Shown: positions 12,763 to 25,557, numbered from the whole stretch's first letter. The stretch is 61,745 bases of DNA, filler included, from Pirum gemmata (GCA_002812295.1; 19 parts of 19 records of this genome joined end to end with filler, not necessarily neighbours in it); one strand, 5' to 3'. The notes: generated by a model not told the origin, from the letters alone. Numbers and translations are program-made.

Positions 12763-13370
12763 AACCCTAACCCCTAACCCTAACTCCTAACCCCTAACTC
12801 TAACCCTAACACCTAACCTAACCCTAACCCCCATCCCTAATAACCCTAACCCCTAACCCTAACCCCTAACCCTAACCCTAACCCTAACCTAACCCTAACC
12901 CCCATCCCTAACCCTAACGCCTAACCATAACCCTAACCCTACGTACCCCCATCCCTAACCCCAACGCCTAACCCTAAAAGCGCCTAACCCTAACGCCTAA
13001 CCCTAACCCTAACACTAAACTAACCCTAACCCTTCTAACCCCTAACCCTAACCCTATAGCTAACCCTAACCCTATAGTTTACCCTAACCCGAACCCGAAC
13101 CCGAACCCGAACCCTAACCCGAACCCTAACCCTAACCCTAACCCTAACCCTAACCCTAACCCTAACCCTAACCTTAACCCTAACCCTAACCTTTTAACCC
13201 TAACCCCTCTAACCCTAACCCTTCTAACCCTAACCCCTAACCCTAACCCTATATAGTTTACCCTAACCCTATAGCTTACCCTAACCCTAACCCTAACCCT
13301 AACCCTATATATAGTTTACCCTAACCCTATAGCTTACCCTAACCCTAACCCTAACCCTAACCCTAACCCT
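12763..13370 (-). repeat. Degenerate interstitial telomeric array (CCCTAA)n
   Basis: About 600 bp of CCCTAA with CCCGAA/CCCCTAA variants and short insertions. Confidence 0.92.
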
Positions 13371-14084
13371 AGCAACTAGTCAACGGCTAGCTAATATTAA
13401 TAGACTCTCACACTGAAGAGAGTTGGGATACTGTTGGGATAGTATACATAGTAAATATAATATATATATAATATATATGAAGGATGAATATTATTAATAC
13501 AATTTCAATAATATTGTTTACTATAAAAAATCAAAAATTGTATTGAGGATAAAATTCTATCAAAAAAATGATTTTATTTTCTTTCAACAAAAAGATTTCG
13601 ATTTATCGATATAATTATAATTAATTCTGATCATGCATAATTATTAATATTATGATTTTCGATGAAAATAATTATAATCAAGTAATATTACATAAGTATT
13701 ATAATATATTATAGTTAATTTTGATTAATAATGTTTTACTCTATTATTAATATCGTGTTTTTCAATAGTGGTATAAATTTAAATTTTATCCAGTCCAACA
13801 AATGACTTTTATTATATATAATAATAAATAAAATTATCGAATATAATATATAATTATAATATTAATAATATTATATATGTATGTTTTTAATTAATTTATA
13901 AGAATATTGTATTTTATATTATAACCCTAACCCTAATCCTAACCCTAACCCTAACGCTATATATAAAGTTCAATTATACAATTAATAAACAGTGCCGAAT
14001 TAAAGATAGAGTGGACAATGACATGTACAACTGGAATACATATTATAATATTATAATATAAAAAGATAGCTGGAGCTTCGGTTG

Positions 14085-14851
14085 GGGTTGGGGGTTGGGG
14101 TTAGGATTAGGGTTAGGGTTAGGGTTAGGGTTAGGGTTAGGGTTAGGGTTATAATATTATATAAATAGAGAGCTGGAGCTTCGGTTGGGGTTGGGGTTTG
14201 GGGCTAGGGCTAGGGTTAGGGTTAGGGTTAGGGTTAGGGTTAGAATTAGGGTTAGAGTTCGGGTTGGGATTATAAACTATTATTAGCCAAACCTACGTAT
14301 ACGTATTAATATACGTACCAATTAGCACAAATCTCCTCCCATTTATAATATAATATATAATATAGACCTAGGATTATAATTGTAATTAATATTTTATAAA
14401 AGCTTACAATAAAAGTTTAAAATTTAGATAAAGATTTAGGGTTTAGTACTAGTTATATTAGGGTTTAGTTTAGGGTACGTAGGGGATTTAGGTTAGGGGC
14501 AGGGTTAAGGCTAGGGTTAGGGTTAGGGTTATAATTATAATTAATATTAGGGTAATAATTAATTAGGGCTAGGGTTATAATTAGGGCTAGGGTTATATTA
14601 ATAATTAGTCAGGGTTAGGGTTAACGTTGTGGTTATGGTTATGGTCATATGATTATCATCAAACCACTTCTTCTTTCGAGAAATTTTATAATTATATATA
14701 TATATGGTTATAATTAGGGTTAGAGTTATAATGAGGGTTATAATTAGGGCTATAGCTATAGGGCTTATAGTTAGGACTCGGGTTCGGGTTCAGGGTCAGG
14801 GTTAGGGTTAGGGTTAGGGTTAGGGTTAGGGTTAGGGTTAGGGTTAGGGTT
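14085..14851 (+). repeat. Interrupted (TTAGGG)n arrays
   Basis: Several TTAGGG blocks, two headed by gctggagcttcggttggggttgggg; purest block ~14797-14851. Confidence 0.88.
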
Positions 14852-16138
14852 GGCACGATAATAAAATGTTTTTTTTTTACAAAATTTAGAATAAAAGTCT
14901 TTAGTATAAAAATAGTTGCAACTCAACTTATCGATATATTATAATATCGATAATAATTATGTCATCATAAAATATACAATAAAGAGTACCAAATTAATAC
15001 AATACACATCCATTTCATTTAATTTGGTATATTTTATTATCTATTTATTCATTTAAAAAAGTCAGCTTAAATATCATAACCAACCAAATAAATATTGGGA
15101 TTATATAATTAAACTTGAATAATTATTTAATTAATTAATATTTTTTTTAAAAAATAAAATTTAAATGCTTTAATTTTTTCACGAGCTGCACGAGCTAGAA
15201 TCACATTGGTTTTGTATTATCTTATTTTTTTATTGATACTTTATTTTTTTTGGTGATAATTATGAGACTTTTTTATTAAAGACAAAAGGCATTATTTGGT
15301 GGAGGACTGAAATAATTAATACTGCGGCAAAAAGAGCATCATTTTATCTCCACAGTATTGATGACTTTTATTTATTTTTTGGTTTTGTTTCAAATCTTAT
15401 TATATTATTAGACTTCTAGTTTTTTTTTTCTTTTTTTTTTTTTTTTTTTTTTTTTTNNNNNNNNNNNNNNNNNNNNNNNNNNNNNNNNNNNNNNNNNNNN
15501 TTAATTAATTAANNNNNNNNNNNNNNNNNNNNNNNNNNNNNNNNNNNNNNNNNNNNAGAGTTGATTGAGATTACTACGATACTAAATATGATATGTTTTT
15601 TTTTTTTTTTCCTATCATAAATAGAGAAAAATCTTTAGCGAATCTTGATTATACCGGTATTATAGTTTTATTACTGTTTTATTTCCATTAGACTATTTAT
15701 TATAATTTATAATAAGATATGATATTGATATGATATTGATATATCATATAAGCTATTATATATTATCGCTACTAGTATACTGTAATAGTTTTATTTCCAT
15801 TAGACTATTATAATAATATATTATCGCTAGTATAATATATTGATATTATCGTATTGATACCGTACATGTATTGATACCCAAAAGGGGTAAGGCCAAAAGG
15901 GGTAAGGCCTGGGATTAGGGTTAGGGCTAGGGTTAGAGGGTTAGGGTGTAGTCTAGCTAGAGCTAGCTAGCTACTAGCTAGGGTTAGGGTTAGGTACTTA
16001 TCATAGTGTTATCATGATGCATATTGAAGGGTATTACCGGGTTACATGCTTTTGTAGACTGTAGTGTCATTGAGTATGATATAAATTAATTAAGTCTTTG
16101 AGTTCGCGCATTATGTGTTGTTTGTATTTTTGTTGTTA

Positions 16139-16353
16139 GGGAGAGTTCAAATAATACGTCACGTCAAGGGGTAGGGGTGTAGGGGTAGGTAGGTGGTATT
16201 TGACCGGAAATTACGTCAAGGGGTAGGTGTAGGTAGGTAGGTGGTATTTGACCGGAAATTAACGTCGAGGGGTAGATAGTTAGTGGTATTTGAAGCAGTA
16301 TTTGACTGGAAATTAGCGTTACGTAATATTTGAACAGTTATTTGAACGCTCCC
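16139..16353 (+). mobile_element. MITE family D (PIF/Harbinger-like; TIR GGGAGCGTTCAAATA)
   Basis: TTA|GGGAGAGTTCAAATA...TATTTGAACGCTCCC with internal GGGGTAGGTAGG/TTTGACCGGAAATT repeats. Other copies at 17131-17288, ~17414-17530, 49762-49908, ~60813-60905 and 61135-61285. Superfamily inferred from GGG ends and the TTA flank. Confidence 0.8.
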
Positions 16354-16536
16354 TTTTATTTTGTTGAGAATTTTGAACATTCTAAAGTTTGCCACAGTGA
16401 GTAGTATAATTGTAATATATTTTGCCAGGCATCGTAATTATTTTGAGTAATATATCAATATTATATTACCAGGTATTATATCATACTAATATTATTATAA
16501 CATTGATTAATATAACAATGATTTATAACAATACAA

Positions 16537-16720
16537 TGCTTTTCAGTTATATTTTGTCGTCATAAAATATACAATAAATAGTACCAAATTAATACAATAT
16601 AAATCCATTTCATTTAATTTGGTATATTTTATTATATATTTATTTATTTAAAAGTATCCATTTAAATATTATAAACAACCAGAGAAATATTCGGAGTGGC
16701 AAAATAAATGAAAAGCACAA
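16537..16720 (+). mobile_element. MITE family A copy
   Basis: TGCTTTTCAGTT...TGAAAAGCACAA|TA, colinear with other A copies. Confidence 0.85.
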
Positions 16721-17130
16721 TATAATAATAATAATGTGATAATAGACACTTAATAGACTATCATGACAATAATAATAATAATAATAATGTTTATTCATTT
16801 GCCATTTTTCTAGATTTCCATTTTAATGGCTTATATTACAATCTTAAAGATTATAATGTTCATCTGATACGGTCAGATGCTGGGTTCCTAAAGCCGTAGT
16901 TAAAATCTACGGTAATAATCTCTAGGTAATAATCTACCAGTAGACTAGACTAGTTCCTGAGACTAAGTTCACAGAGATTACAAAAAACCTCAAAAATTGA
17001 AATACACGTACCAAATTATTATTATGGTTAAACTATTAGACATTTTTTAATTAATCTGGTATTTTATACTTAATATTGTGTTTTATAAAAAAGTCCAATT
17101 ATACACTTAAACAGTACCAAATTAAAGATT

Positions 17131-17288
17131 GGGAGAGCGTTTTCAAATACTACATAACGCCAATCTCTGGTCAAATACGGCTTCAAATACCCCAGTCAAA
17201 TACCCCTACCTATCTACCCCTCGACGTTAATTTCCGGTCAAATACCACCTACCTACCTACCCCTTGACGTGACGTATTATTTGAACGC
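17131..17288 (-). mobile_element. MITE family D copy abutting a family B fragment (~17000-17135)
   Basis: Reverse complement of the D consensus, ending TATTTGAACGC. Confidence 0.8.
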
Positions 17289-17924
17289 TAAACTCGAGAC
17301 TCGTGATTTCAATGTGATCTCTAGTAGCTAGCTAGCTAGCTAGCTAGCTGAGAGATCTGGGGGCTATTTAGGGGTTTAGAGTTGGACAGATTTTTTCCAG
17401 TTCAAAAACCAAAATTCAAATAATACGTCACGTGACTCACGTCAAGGGGTAGGTAGGTAGGTGGGAGTTGACCGGAAATTAACGTCGAGGGGTAGGTAGG
17501 TAGGGGTATTTGAAGCTGTATTTGGCCTTAATTTGGTATTTTATATTTTTAAAAAATAACGTCTCTGATGACGTCTTTTTACTCTTCATCTAAAATTTTA
17601 ATTTTTTTAGATTCGTTTATTTATAAATTATTATTATAACTTATCCAATAATCCAAAATCCCGACTTTTGTAACTTGTAAGATGAAGACGATCTTGTTTT
17701 TTTTTTGTATTTTTTTTCCTGAAAAAGACTGTGAAAAAGAGCATGTAAAAATTAATTATGGTAAAAATTTTCTGCATAATACTAATAATACTGTTTTTTA
17801 TTAGACTATCTGATAATGATTGACATTGGTTGTAACAGTGGGCTGCCAGCAGTAGTATGATAGTATCACTGTATCAGATAGTAGAGTTATAGTATTATTA
17901 ATAATATCAATAAAGGTAGTAGCG

Positions 17925-17991
<67 letters not shown>

Positions 17992-18330
17992 TTACTAGTG
18001 CACTTAATAGTAGTAATAGTAGTAATAGTAGTAATAGTAGTAATAGTAGAAATAGTAGAAATAGTAGAAATAGTAGAAATAGTAGTATTAATAGTAGTAA
18101 TAGTAGTAATAGTACTACTTTTAGTAATAGTAATAGTAGTAAAAATAGTAATAATAGTACTAATAGTATTAATAGTAATAGTAGTAATAATAGTACTAAT
18201 AGTAGTAATAATGTAATAATAGTAACAGTACTAGCTAGCTAGTAGTAAGAGTGGTAAGAGTAGTAAGAGTATCATAGTAATAGGTATAATAATATGATAG
18301 TTAATTAAATTAAAATACGTTTATTATAGC

Positions 18331-18507
18331 ACCCTAACCCTAACCCTAACCCTAACCCTAACCCTAACCCGAACCCGAACCCAAACCCAAACCCAAACCC
18401 AAACCCTAACCCTAACTCAAAACCAAACCCTAACCCTAACCCAAACCCAAACCCTAACCCTAAGGTCCCTAACCCAAACCCAAACCCAAACCCTCTAACC
18501 CTAACCA
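18331..18507 (-). repeat. Interstitial telomeric array (CCCTAA/CCCAAA/CCCGAA)
   Basis: Direct reading of hexamer repeats. Confidence 0.9.
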
Positions 18508-19213
18508 TAATAAGTTATGATATAACCTCTAGCTAGCTAGACCCCCCCCCCCCCCACCCCCCCCCCCCCCCCCCCCCCCCCCNNNNNNNNNNNNNNNNNN
18601 NNNNNNNNNNNNNNNNNNNNNNNNNNTTAATTAATTAANNNNNNNNNNNNNNNNNNNNNNNNNNNNNNNNNNNNNNNNNNNNAACAACAACAACAACAAC
18701 AACAACAACGACAATAACATCATCATCATCATCATCATAATTTATAATAATTAATAATATTATATTATACTAAAATATAATTAAAAATGTTTGACTACAA
18801 CAACAACAACAACAATTACAACAACAACAACAACAACAGCAGCAGCAGCAGCAACAACAACAACAACAACAACATCATAACTTATAATAATTAATAATAT
18901 AATATTAAAATATAATTAAAAAAATGTTTGACTGTTTGTTCCAGTGGTTGGATTTGTAGGGATTTATAGGATTGTCAAAAAAATGTAATATAAATTTTGA
19001 ATCTAAAAAATTACAAAAATTAAAAATATATATTATGATATATTACATTATATATCATAATACTATATAATATATTATTGATAAAAAAATTTATATATAA
19101 ATAAAAAAGAAATCATTAAATTTTGTATTTGTAAAAAATAAAAACAATTACAATAATAATAATAAAAAGAAGAGTAAAACTAAAATATAAATAATACAAT
19201 ATAAACAATAAAA

Positions 19214-20365
19214 ATGATGAAATTTGGGCTTTCAGGACTTAGTGCTGCTTCCGTTAGTGCTTGGGCTTTTTCAACAGTCAATGCAGTACCTAATAGTATT
19301 GAAATAACTCAAAACAATAACTTACCAGGATTTCCTTCTTCCTGGGATTACCCTAAATACGTAAAATTGTCATTGTACGAGGATTTAATAGAAAACCAAT
19401 GCAACACTCCATCCAAACTTCCTTCACAAACGTACCCTATTTACACTTGTTACCAAATTGTTGACACCCAAATTTGGGCTCACCTCGAATACCATTTCAA
19501 AGGCTTGGGCGAAGAAAAAGATACTTACAAATTCAATTTAGTACAACATGCAGACCAACTCTCTTGTCTTAACGCTGTAAGCGGACGTCTGTTTAATCGA
19601 ACTGTAGTCCAAATCCCGAAAACCTCGGAAGCAACCCCATCGAATACAACCCAACCGAATACAATCCAACCGAATATAACCCAACCGAATACAACCCAAT
19701 CCAATGCAGCCCAGGCAAAATCACCAAACCAAAGTTGGTTTCATAAAATTTGGGTATTTTTTGGTTTTCATAGCGAAGACAATAGTAAAAACAACCTTAA
19801 CTGTTCTAATACTCTTCCTTCATCTAATATTTTGTTTAGTATAACTGCTAATACTTGTTTTACTACTACACCATTGACCAGCGCTAACAACATTACGTAC
19901 AACTACAAAGCAGAAGCATTTTATGGTTATGACTTGAATTTCACTGATGTATATGCTGCTGATAATGCTTTGTTTGGGAACGTTGTTCCTGAAAGTGTAA
20001 CACTTTTCAAAAAACCAAACAACTGCATGTTAAACTACAAATGTGACGAATGCCAAGGCTGTGATGGACAAACACAAGGGAAGAAGCAATGTGTTCCCAA
20101 CATTCAAGTTAAGGAAACCACCATTACTGTTAATGGTAATTTAAATGTTTCTGGTTTTACTTGCAATGTCACAAATTTAAAAGAGATTGAAGCTGATAAT
20201 ACTATAACTGAAAATTGTAATAATTGCACAATTAAAGAAAAAGAAACTACCAATAATACTCTTCCTGATAAGAAGGATAGTAGTACAAAGGGTAATAGTG
20301 CGTCGGCCTTGGCTACAAGTAGCATGTTATTCACTGGAGTAATTGTTCTTGGCAATTTTTTTTAA
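19214..20365 (+). CDS. Secreted, N-glycosylation-rich, probably GPI-anchored surface protein (383 aa, intronless)
   Basis: N-terminal signal-like peptide, many N-x-S/T sequons, NTTQP repeats, Cys-rich C-terminal third, and an NSAS...hydrophobic terminal tail with no cytosolic part. Family not recognised. Confidence 0.85.
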   Translation: MMKFGLSGLSAASVSAWAFSTVNAVPNSIEITQNNNLPGFPSSWDYPKYVKLSLYEDLIENQCNTPSKLPSQTYPIYTCYQIVDTQIWAHLEYHFKGLGEEKDTYKFNLVQHADQLSCLNAVSGRLFNRTVVQIPKTSEATPSNTTQPNTIQPNITQPNTTQSNAAQAKSPNQSWFHKIWVFFGFHSEDNSKNNLNCSNTLPSSNILFSITANTCFTTTPLTSANNITYNYKAEAFYGYDLNFTDVYAADNALFGNVVPESVTLFKKPNNCMLNYKCDECQGCDGQTQGKKQCVPNIQVKETTITVNGNLNVSGFTCNVTNLKEIEADNTITENCNNCTIKEKETTNNTLPDKKDSSTKGNSASALATSSMLFTGVIVLGNFF

Positions 20366-21012
20366 TTAATTATTGTTAGTTTAGTTTTATATGCATTTGC
20401 ATGTATTATGATAGAAAGCATTTTTAAGATTTTAATTATAACAAAATTTAACATACAATTGACAATAAAAAATAACATAATATTAATATAAACAATTTCT
20501 ATTAACATGATCTAGTAATCTGTTATATTCTAATCATATTATATATTGTATTGTGTTGATGGTATTAATAATATTATTGTATTAATATTACATTGTATTA
20601 TATTATATTGTATTATATAGTATTACACTATTACTGTATTACATTGTATTGTATTTGTATTGTATTTGTATTGTATTTGTATTGTATTATATTATATTGA
20701 ATATTCTAATTAAAAAATTATTATTATTTAGGAATATGATAATGATTTTGTTTATTGTTTAAAATACAATATTTTAAGTATAAAATACCAAATTAATTAA
20801 AATATGTCTGATAGTTTAACTATAATAATAATTTGGTAGTTTATTTCAGTTTTTGGAAAAAACTATTGAAAAACATGATAGTCTAATAGAATAGAAACAA
20901 ATAAAAAAATAATGATTCCGCCTTGAATTTTCTCCAAAAAAAAAAAAAAAAAAGTTTTTTATTAATTAATAAAAATATTTTTTTTTAAAAAAAATTGATT
21001 ATTGAACACTAA

Positions 21013-21272
21013 TTAAACCACCATATTATATTTGTTTCTAATATCATCATGCTTAATTTTGTTTTTAGCTTTTTTATCAGCAAGAACTTCATGTCGTTTT
21101 TGTTTTTCATCTTGTTGTAAGGCATTTTGGTGTGCTTGTTCCTTAGCGTATCTTTTTCTGGATTTCTTTTTCCAACAGCAGTAAAAGGCAGCAAATATTG
21201 ATCCTAAAACAATAGCTCCCAAAATCGCAGCACAAACTATTGTAACAGTGAAATTTCTATAAATCCATTCAT
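21013..21272 (-). CDS. Last exon of a PTTG1IP/PBF-like single-pass membrane protein
   Basis: AG acceptor at 21273-21274. Reads EWIYRNF-TM helix-CCWKKK-charged helix-KIKHDDIRNKYNM, resembling the PTTG1IP tail (KTRHDEIRKKYGL). Similarity judged from memory. Confidence 0.6.
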
Positions 21273-21354
21273 CTATTTTTTGTTTTTTATTATTATTATT
21301 ATTTTGTATATGAAATATAAAATGTAAGTTTAGATTTAATCATAAATAATAATA

Positions 21355-21405
<51 letters not shown>

Positions 21406-21430
21406 CAATAATAATAATCAATAATAATTG

Positions 21431-21466
<36 letters not shown>

Positions 21467-22149
21467 CAAATACTAAACGTAAAAAGAACAGAGAACACAA
21501 GCAAAAATCAAACTAAATAATAATAAACGTAAAAGAGACAGAATAGGAGGAATAAACCAAGCAAATCAATATAAAACTATAATAACAATAACAATATAAT
21601 TATAAAAAATAAAAATAAAGGGATAAAATAAACAAACCATAACCATAACCTTAACCATAACCATAAACGTAACCAANNNNNNNNNNNNNNNNNNNNNNNN
21701 NNNNNNNNNNNNNNNNNNNNTTAATTAATTAANNNNNNNNNNNNNNNNNNNNNNNNNNNNNNNNNNNNNNNNNNNNTTATTATTATTATTATTATTATTA
21801 TTTTGAAGTTGTTGTAGTTGTTGCTGTAGGTTGTAGTAGTAGTAGTAGTATTCTTTTGATTTTGAAATGGGGTAAGGTTAAGTTAGGGTTAGGGTTAGGT
21901 TATATACTTGTTGTAGTTGTAGTTGAAGTTGTAGTTGTAGTTGTAGTTGTTAAATATACATACGAACCTTCTTGTGGATTGAGCCCGTTGAGGAGAGATT
22001 CTAGTTTTTCTTGATGCTTGGTTGTCCATGTTAAAAATAAAATAAAAACAGATTTATGAATATGTTAAATGATAAAATCACACAATTAATAAGTTATTTG
22101 TGCAAGAATAACGATCATTATAGATTTTTCTTGTTCTTTCTTTGCTTAT

Positions 22150-22525
22150 TTGTTTGTGTGTTTGTGTGTTTGTGTGTTTTTGTGTTTGTGTGTTTGTGTG
22201 TTTGTGTATTTGTGTGTTTGTGGATTTGTGTGTTTGTGTGTTTGTGTGTTTGTGTGTTTGTGTGTTTGTGTGTTTGCGTGTTTGTGTGTTTGTGTGTTTA
22301 TGTGTTTGTGTGTTTGTGTGTTTGTGTGTTTGTGTGTTTGTGTGTTTGTGTGTTTGTGTCTGGTTGGTTAGTTGGTTAGTTGGTTAGTTGGTTTGTTTGT
22401 TGTTGGTTAGTCAGTTTGTTTGTTTTTTTGTTTTTTTGTTTGTTTGTTTGTTTGTTTGTTTGTTTGTTTGTTTGTTTGTTTGTTTGTTTGTTTGTTTGTT
22501 TGTTTGTTTGTTTGTTTGTTTTTGT
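22150..22525 (+). repeat. (TGTGTGTT)n and (GTTT)n microsatellites
   Basis: Direct reading. Confidence 0.95.
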
Positions 22526-23177
22526 GTTTTTTCAATGTTTTTTCTTGCTTTTGTAATAAATCAAGGGGTTTTTTTTTTCTTGAATAGGTCTATGCATAAA
22601 AATTTTTTTTTATATAGACCAATAAACCAGTAATAAACCTATGTCCGTCTAGCTAACTTCTAGCTAGCTAGTAGCTCTGGGTTAGGGTTAGGGTTAGGGT
22701 AGCTGTTAGGGTTAGGGTTTAATAGGTTAGGGTGAGTCTACGACCTGTCTACGACTCTACAAGAGTCTGTCTATATTATCATACATTTTCTGCGGATAAG
22801 GAAAAAATTTAGAAAAGGATTTAGCTAGTAGTAGCTAGCTAGCTAGCTAGTCAAAGCTATATGACTGATCTATGATAATAATATCATATCATTATGACAT
22901 ATCATATAAAAAAAAAATTATTATCCTTTATTTTAATTTGGCAGTTAAAAATAAATTACAAGCTGCCCAATTAGTTAAATAAATGCTATTAAATTGACAA
23001 ATAAAATATTTTGGCTGGTTATATTGAAAATATGAAACAGAATTATAAAAAAAATAATAATAATAATAAAAAAAATAGACTAGCTAGCTATCATAGTCTA
23101 GCTAGCTAGTAGCCCCGTCTACCGGTAGTCTAGTAGCTACTAGCTAGAGCTAGCTACCTATCGATAGCTAGCTAGAT

Positions 23178-23460
23178 GGGTTAGGGCAAGGACCTTGGTT
23201 AGGGTTATGATCGGGTTATGATAGGATTAGGGTTAGGGATTAGGGACCTTAGTTAGGGTTAGGGATAGGGATTAGGGTTAGGGTCAGGGGAGTGTTAGGG
23301 GTTAGGGTTAGGGTTAAGGTTAGGGGTTAGGGTTAGGGTTAGGGTTAGGGTTAGGGTTAGGGTTAGGGTTAGGGTTAGGGTTAGGGTTAGGGTTAGGGTT
23401 ATGGTTAGGGTTAGGGTTAGGGTTAGGGTTAGGGTTAGGGTTAGGGTTAGGGTTAGGTTT
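23178..23460 (+). repeat. Interstitial telomeric array (TTAGGG)n
   Basis: Degenerate start, then more than 20 near-perfect units ~23295-23457, with ordinary sequence on both sides. Confidence 0.93.
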
Positions 23461-24569
23461 AATTTAAATTGAAGCAATATGTATTTATAAAGTAGTTAAT
23501 TACTAATAACACTGTTTCGTGAACACTGTTTCGTTCTTTCGTTCTACTCAGTCGTTCTACTAGTCGTAGACTAGCTAGATTACTAATGCTAACAGTATTA
23601 AATGCAAATATTAGATTTACAATAATAATAAGTAAAAGGGATACCAATAGATAATTGATGGTTATTATTGATTGATGGTTATTATTGATTGATGGTTATT
23701 TATTGATTGATTATTGATTGATTATTATTGATTGATTATTGATTGATTGATTGTTGATGTACTATTGACTAATACTAATACTAATACTAATACTACTATA
23801 ACATTAACATTAACACCAATACTAATACTAATACTAATATTAATACTAATACTAATATTAATAATAACACTAATAATACAACCATAATAACCACAACCAC
23901 AACCACAACCACATAAATCACAACAGCTAACAACCAATAACCAACAACTAACCAACAACAACTACAACTAAAAAAATCAAATTCAAACCACAACCACAAC
24001 CACAACCACAGCAACCACAATCAACTACAAAACCACAACCAACAACAACTACTACAAACTCAAATTTAATTTGGTACTGAGATAAGTATGTGGAGGGTTT
24101 TGTCATTTTTTTGTTTGCTTTTTCATTTCGGGTTTGCAAACTTGGCTTATTACAACGAATTCGGAACAGGTTATAATTGTTATTAATAACAATAGTTTTT
24201 ACTTTATTGTTTTTGTTATTGTTCTTGTTATTGTTAGTGTTATTGTTATTGTTATTGTTAATGGAAGTGGAAGTGGAAGTGGAAGTGTTAATGTTAGTGC
24301 TATATATCTTATGCATTGTCATTACTGTCGTTCTCAACCATTTAGAAATTACTTATTTTTAATAATTACAACAACAACAACAACAAATAATAATAATAAT
24401 AATNNNNNNNNNNNNNNNNNNNNNNNNNNNNNNNNNNNNNNNNNNNNTTAATTAATTAANNNNNNNNNNNNNNNNNNNNNNNNNNNNNNNNNNNNNNNNN
24501 NNNAGTAATAGTAATAGTAATAGTAATAGTAATAATAATAACATAATAATAATGATAATAATGATAATG

Positions 24570-24601
<32 letters not shown>

Positions 24602-24705
24602 GATAATGATAACTATAGTTGACTTTTATTTGTTGTCAGCCTTCATTTTTTTTCTCACTTTCTCTACTTTGTTATTTTCTGCGTATGTTTATATAATAAT
24701 AATAG

Positions 24706-25306
24706 ATGCTCCACGTATTCAAGAAAGTACTATTGGTATCAAATTAAGCGGCATTGTAACCCCAAAATTACACGGTATTGGTAGCTCAGCGGAACCTTAT
24801 GCTTTGGAAGCACGTGCATTTACATCTACTATGGTATTGCTTCTTTTTATCGTTTATTTTTTGTGTAATTATGTATATTAGTTCTGTAAATTATTGTCGT
24901 CGGTAATGCTATTAACTTTACATTCGTATAGTATTGTTATTGATATTGAAAATATTTTATTATTTTTGTTGTTGATTTTGTTATTATTGTTATTATTGGT
25001 GTTACTATTGTGGTGATGGGGATGGTGATGGTAATGGGAATGGTGATGGTGATGATGGTAGTGAATAGTGATGGTGGTGGTGATGGTGGTGGTGGTGATG
25101 ATTATGGTAATATTTATATATTGTATTATTGTTACTTATTTCTTTTAAATTCTTTATTGAATCGTACTTAGGTGCTTAATAAGTATGTACAAATGAAAGT
25201 TCAGAGAAGGTATCACCAAAAAAATGGTGCCATTTTGTTAGAAGTCGATATGAAATATGGCATCTGGCCCTTTCGCTATAATGTTGCTGAAGAGTTGGTG
25301 AAAAAG
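24706..25306 (+). CDS. Internal exons of an unidentified gene (24706-24833, 24882-24902, 25172-25306)
   Basis: AG/GT boundaries give one continuous frame ...EPYALEARAFTSTM|FCKLLSS|VLNKYVQMKVQRRY...EELVKK. Confidence 0.6.
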
Positions 25307-25509
25307 GTGATTATTGCTATTCTTTTTATTGTTGCTTTGTCATTACTTCCTTTTTTTTAATATTTTTATTTCTCAGTTTTGTTTTTTATTATTTTTCTTT
25401 CTGGTATTAATATCAATTATTATTCTTATTATTATTATTATTACGGTTGTTCTTGTTATTTTTCACTGTTCAATTTCTTCTTAAGATTTTGAAATTTTAA
25501 GTTATTAAT

Positions 25510-25557
<48 letters not shown>

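Noticed and set aside
13432..13800. TGTTGG...CCAACA as a second solo LTR
   Set aside because: Flanks do not match (GATAC vs AATGA), the IR is only 6 bp, and the right end overlaps a MITE B fragment.
18305..18508. GL/GF-repeat and LT-repeat ORFs (also 23295-23477)
   Set aside because: Translations of telomeric hexamers.
21960..22030. Possible short minus-strand exon (also ~24060-24170 and 56429-56656)
   Set aside because: Too short, with ambiguous frame and splice sites; cannot be supported without transcripts.
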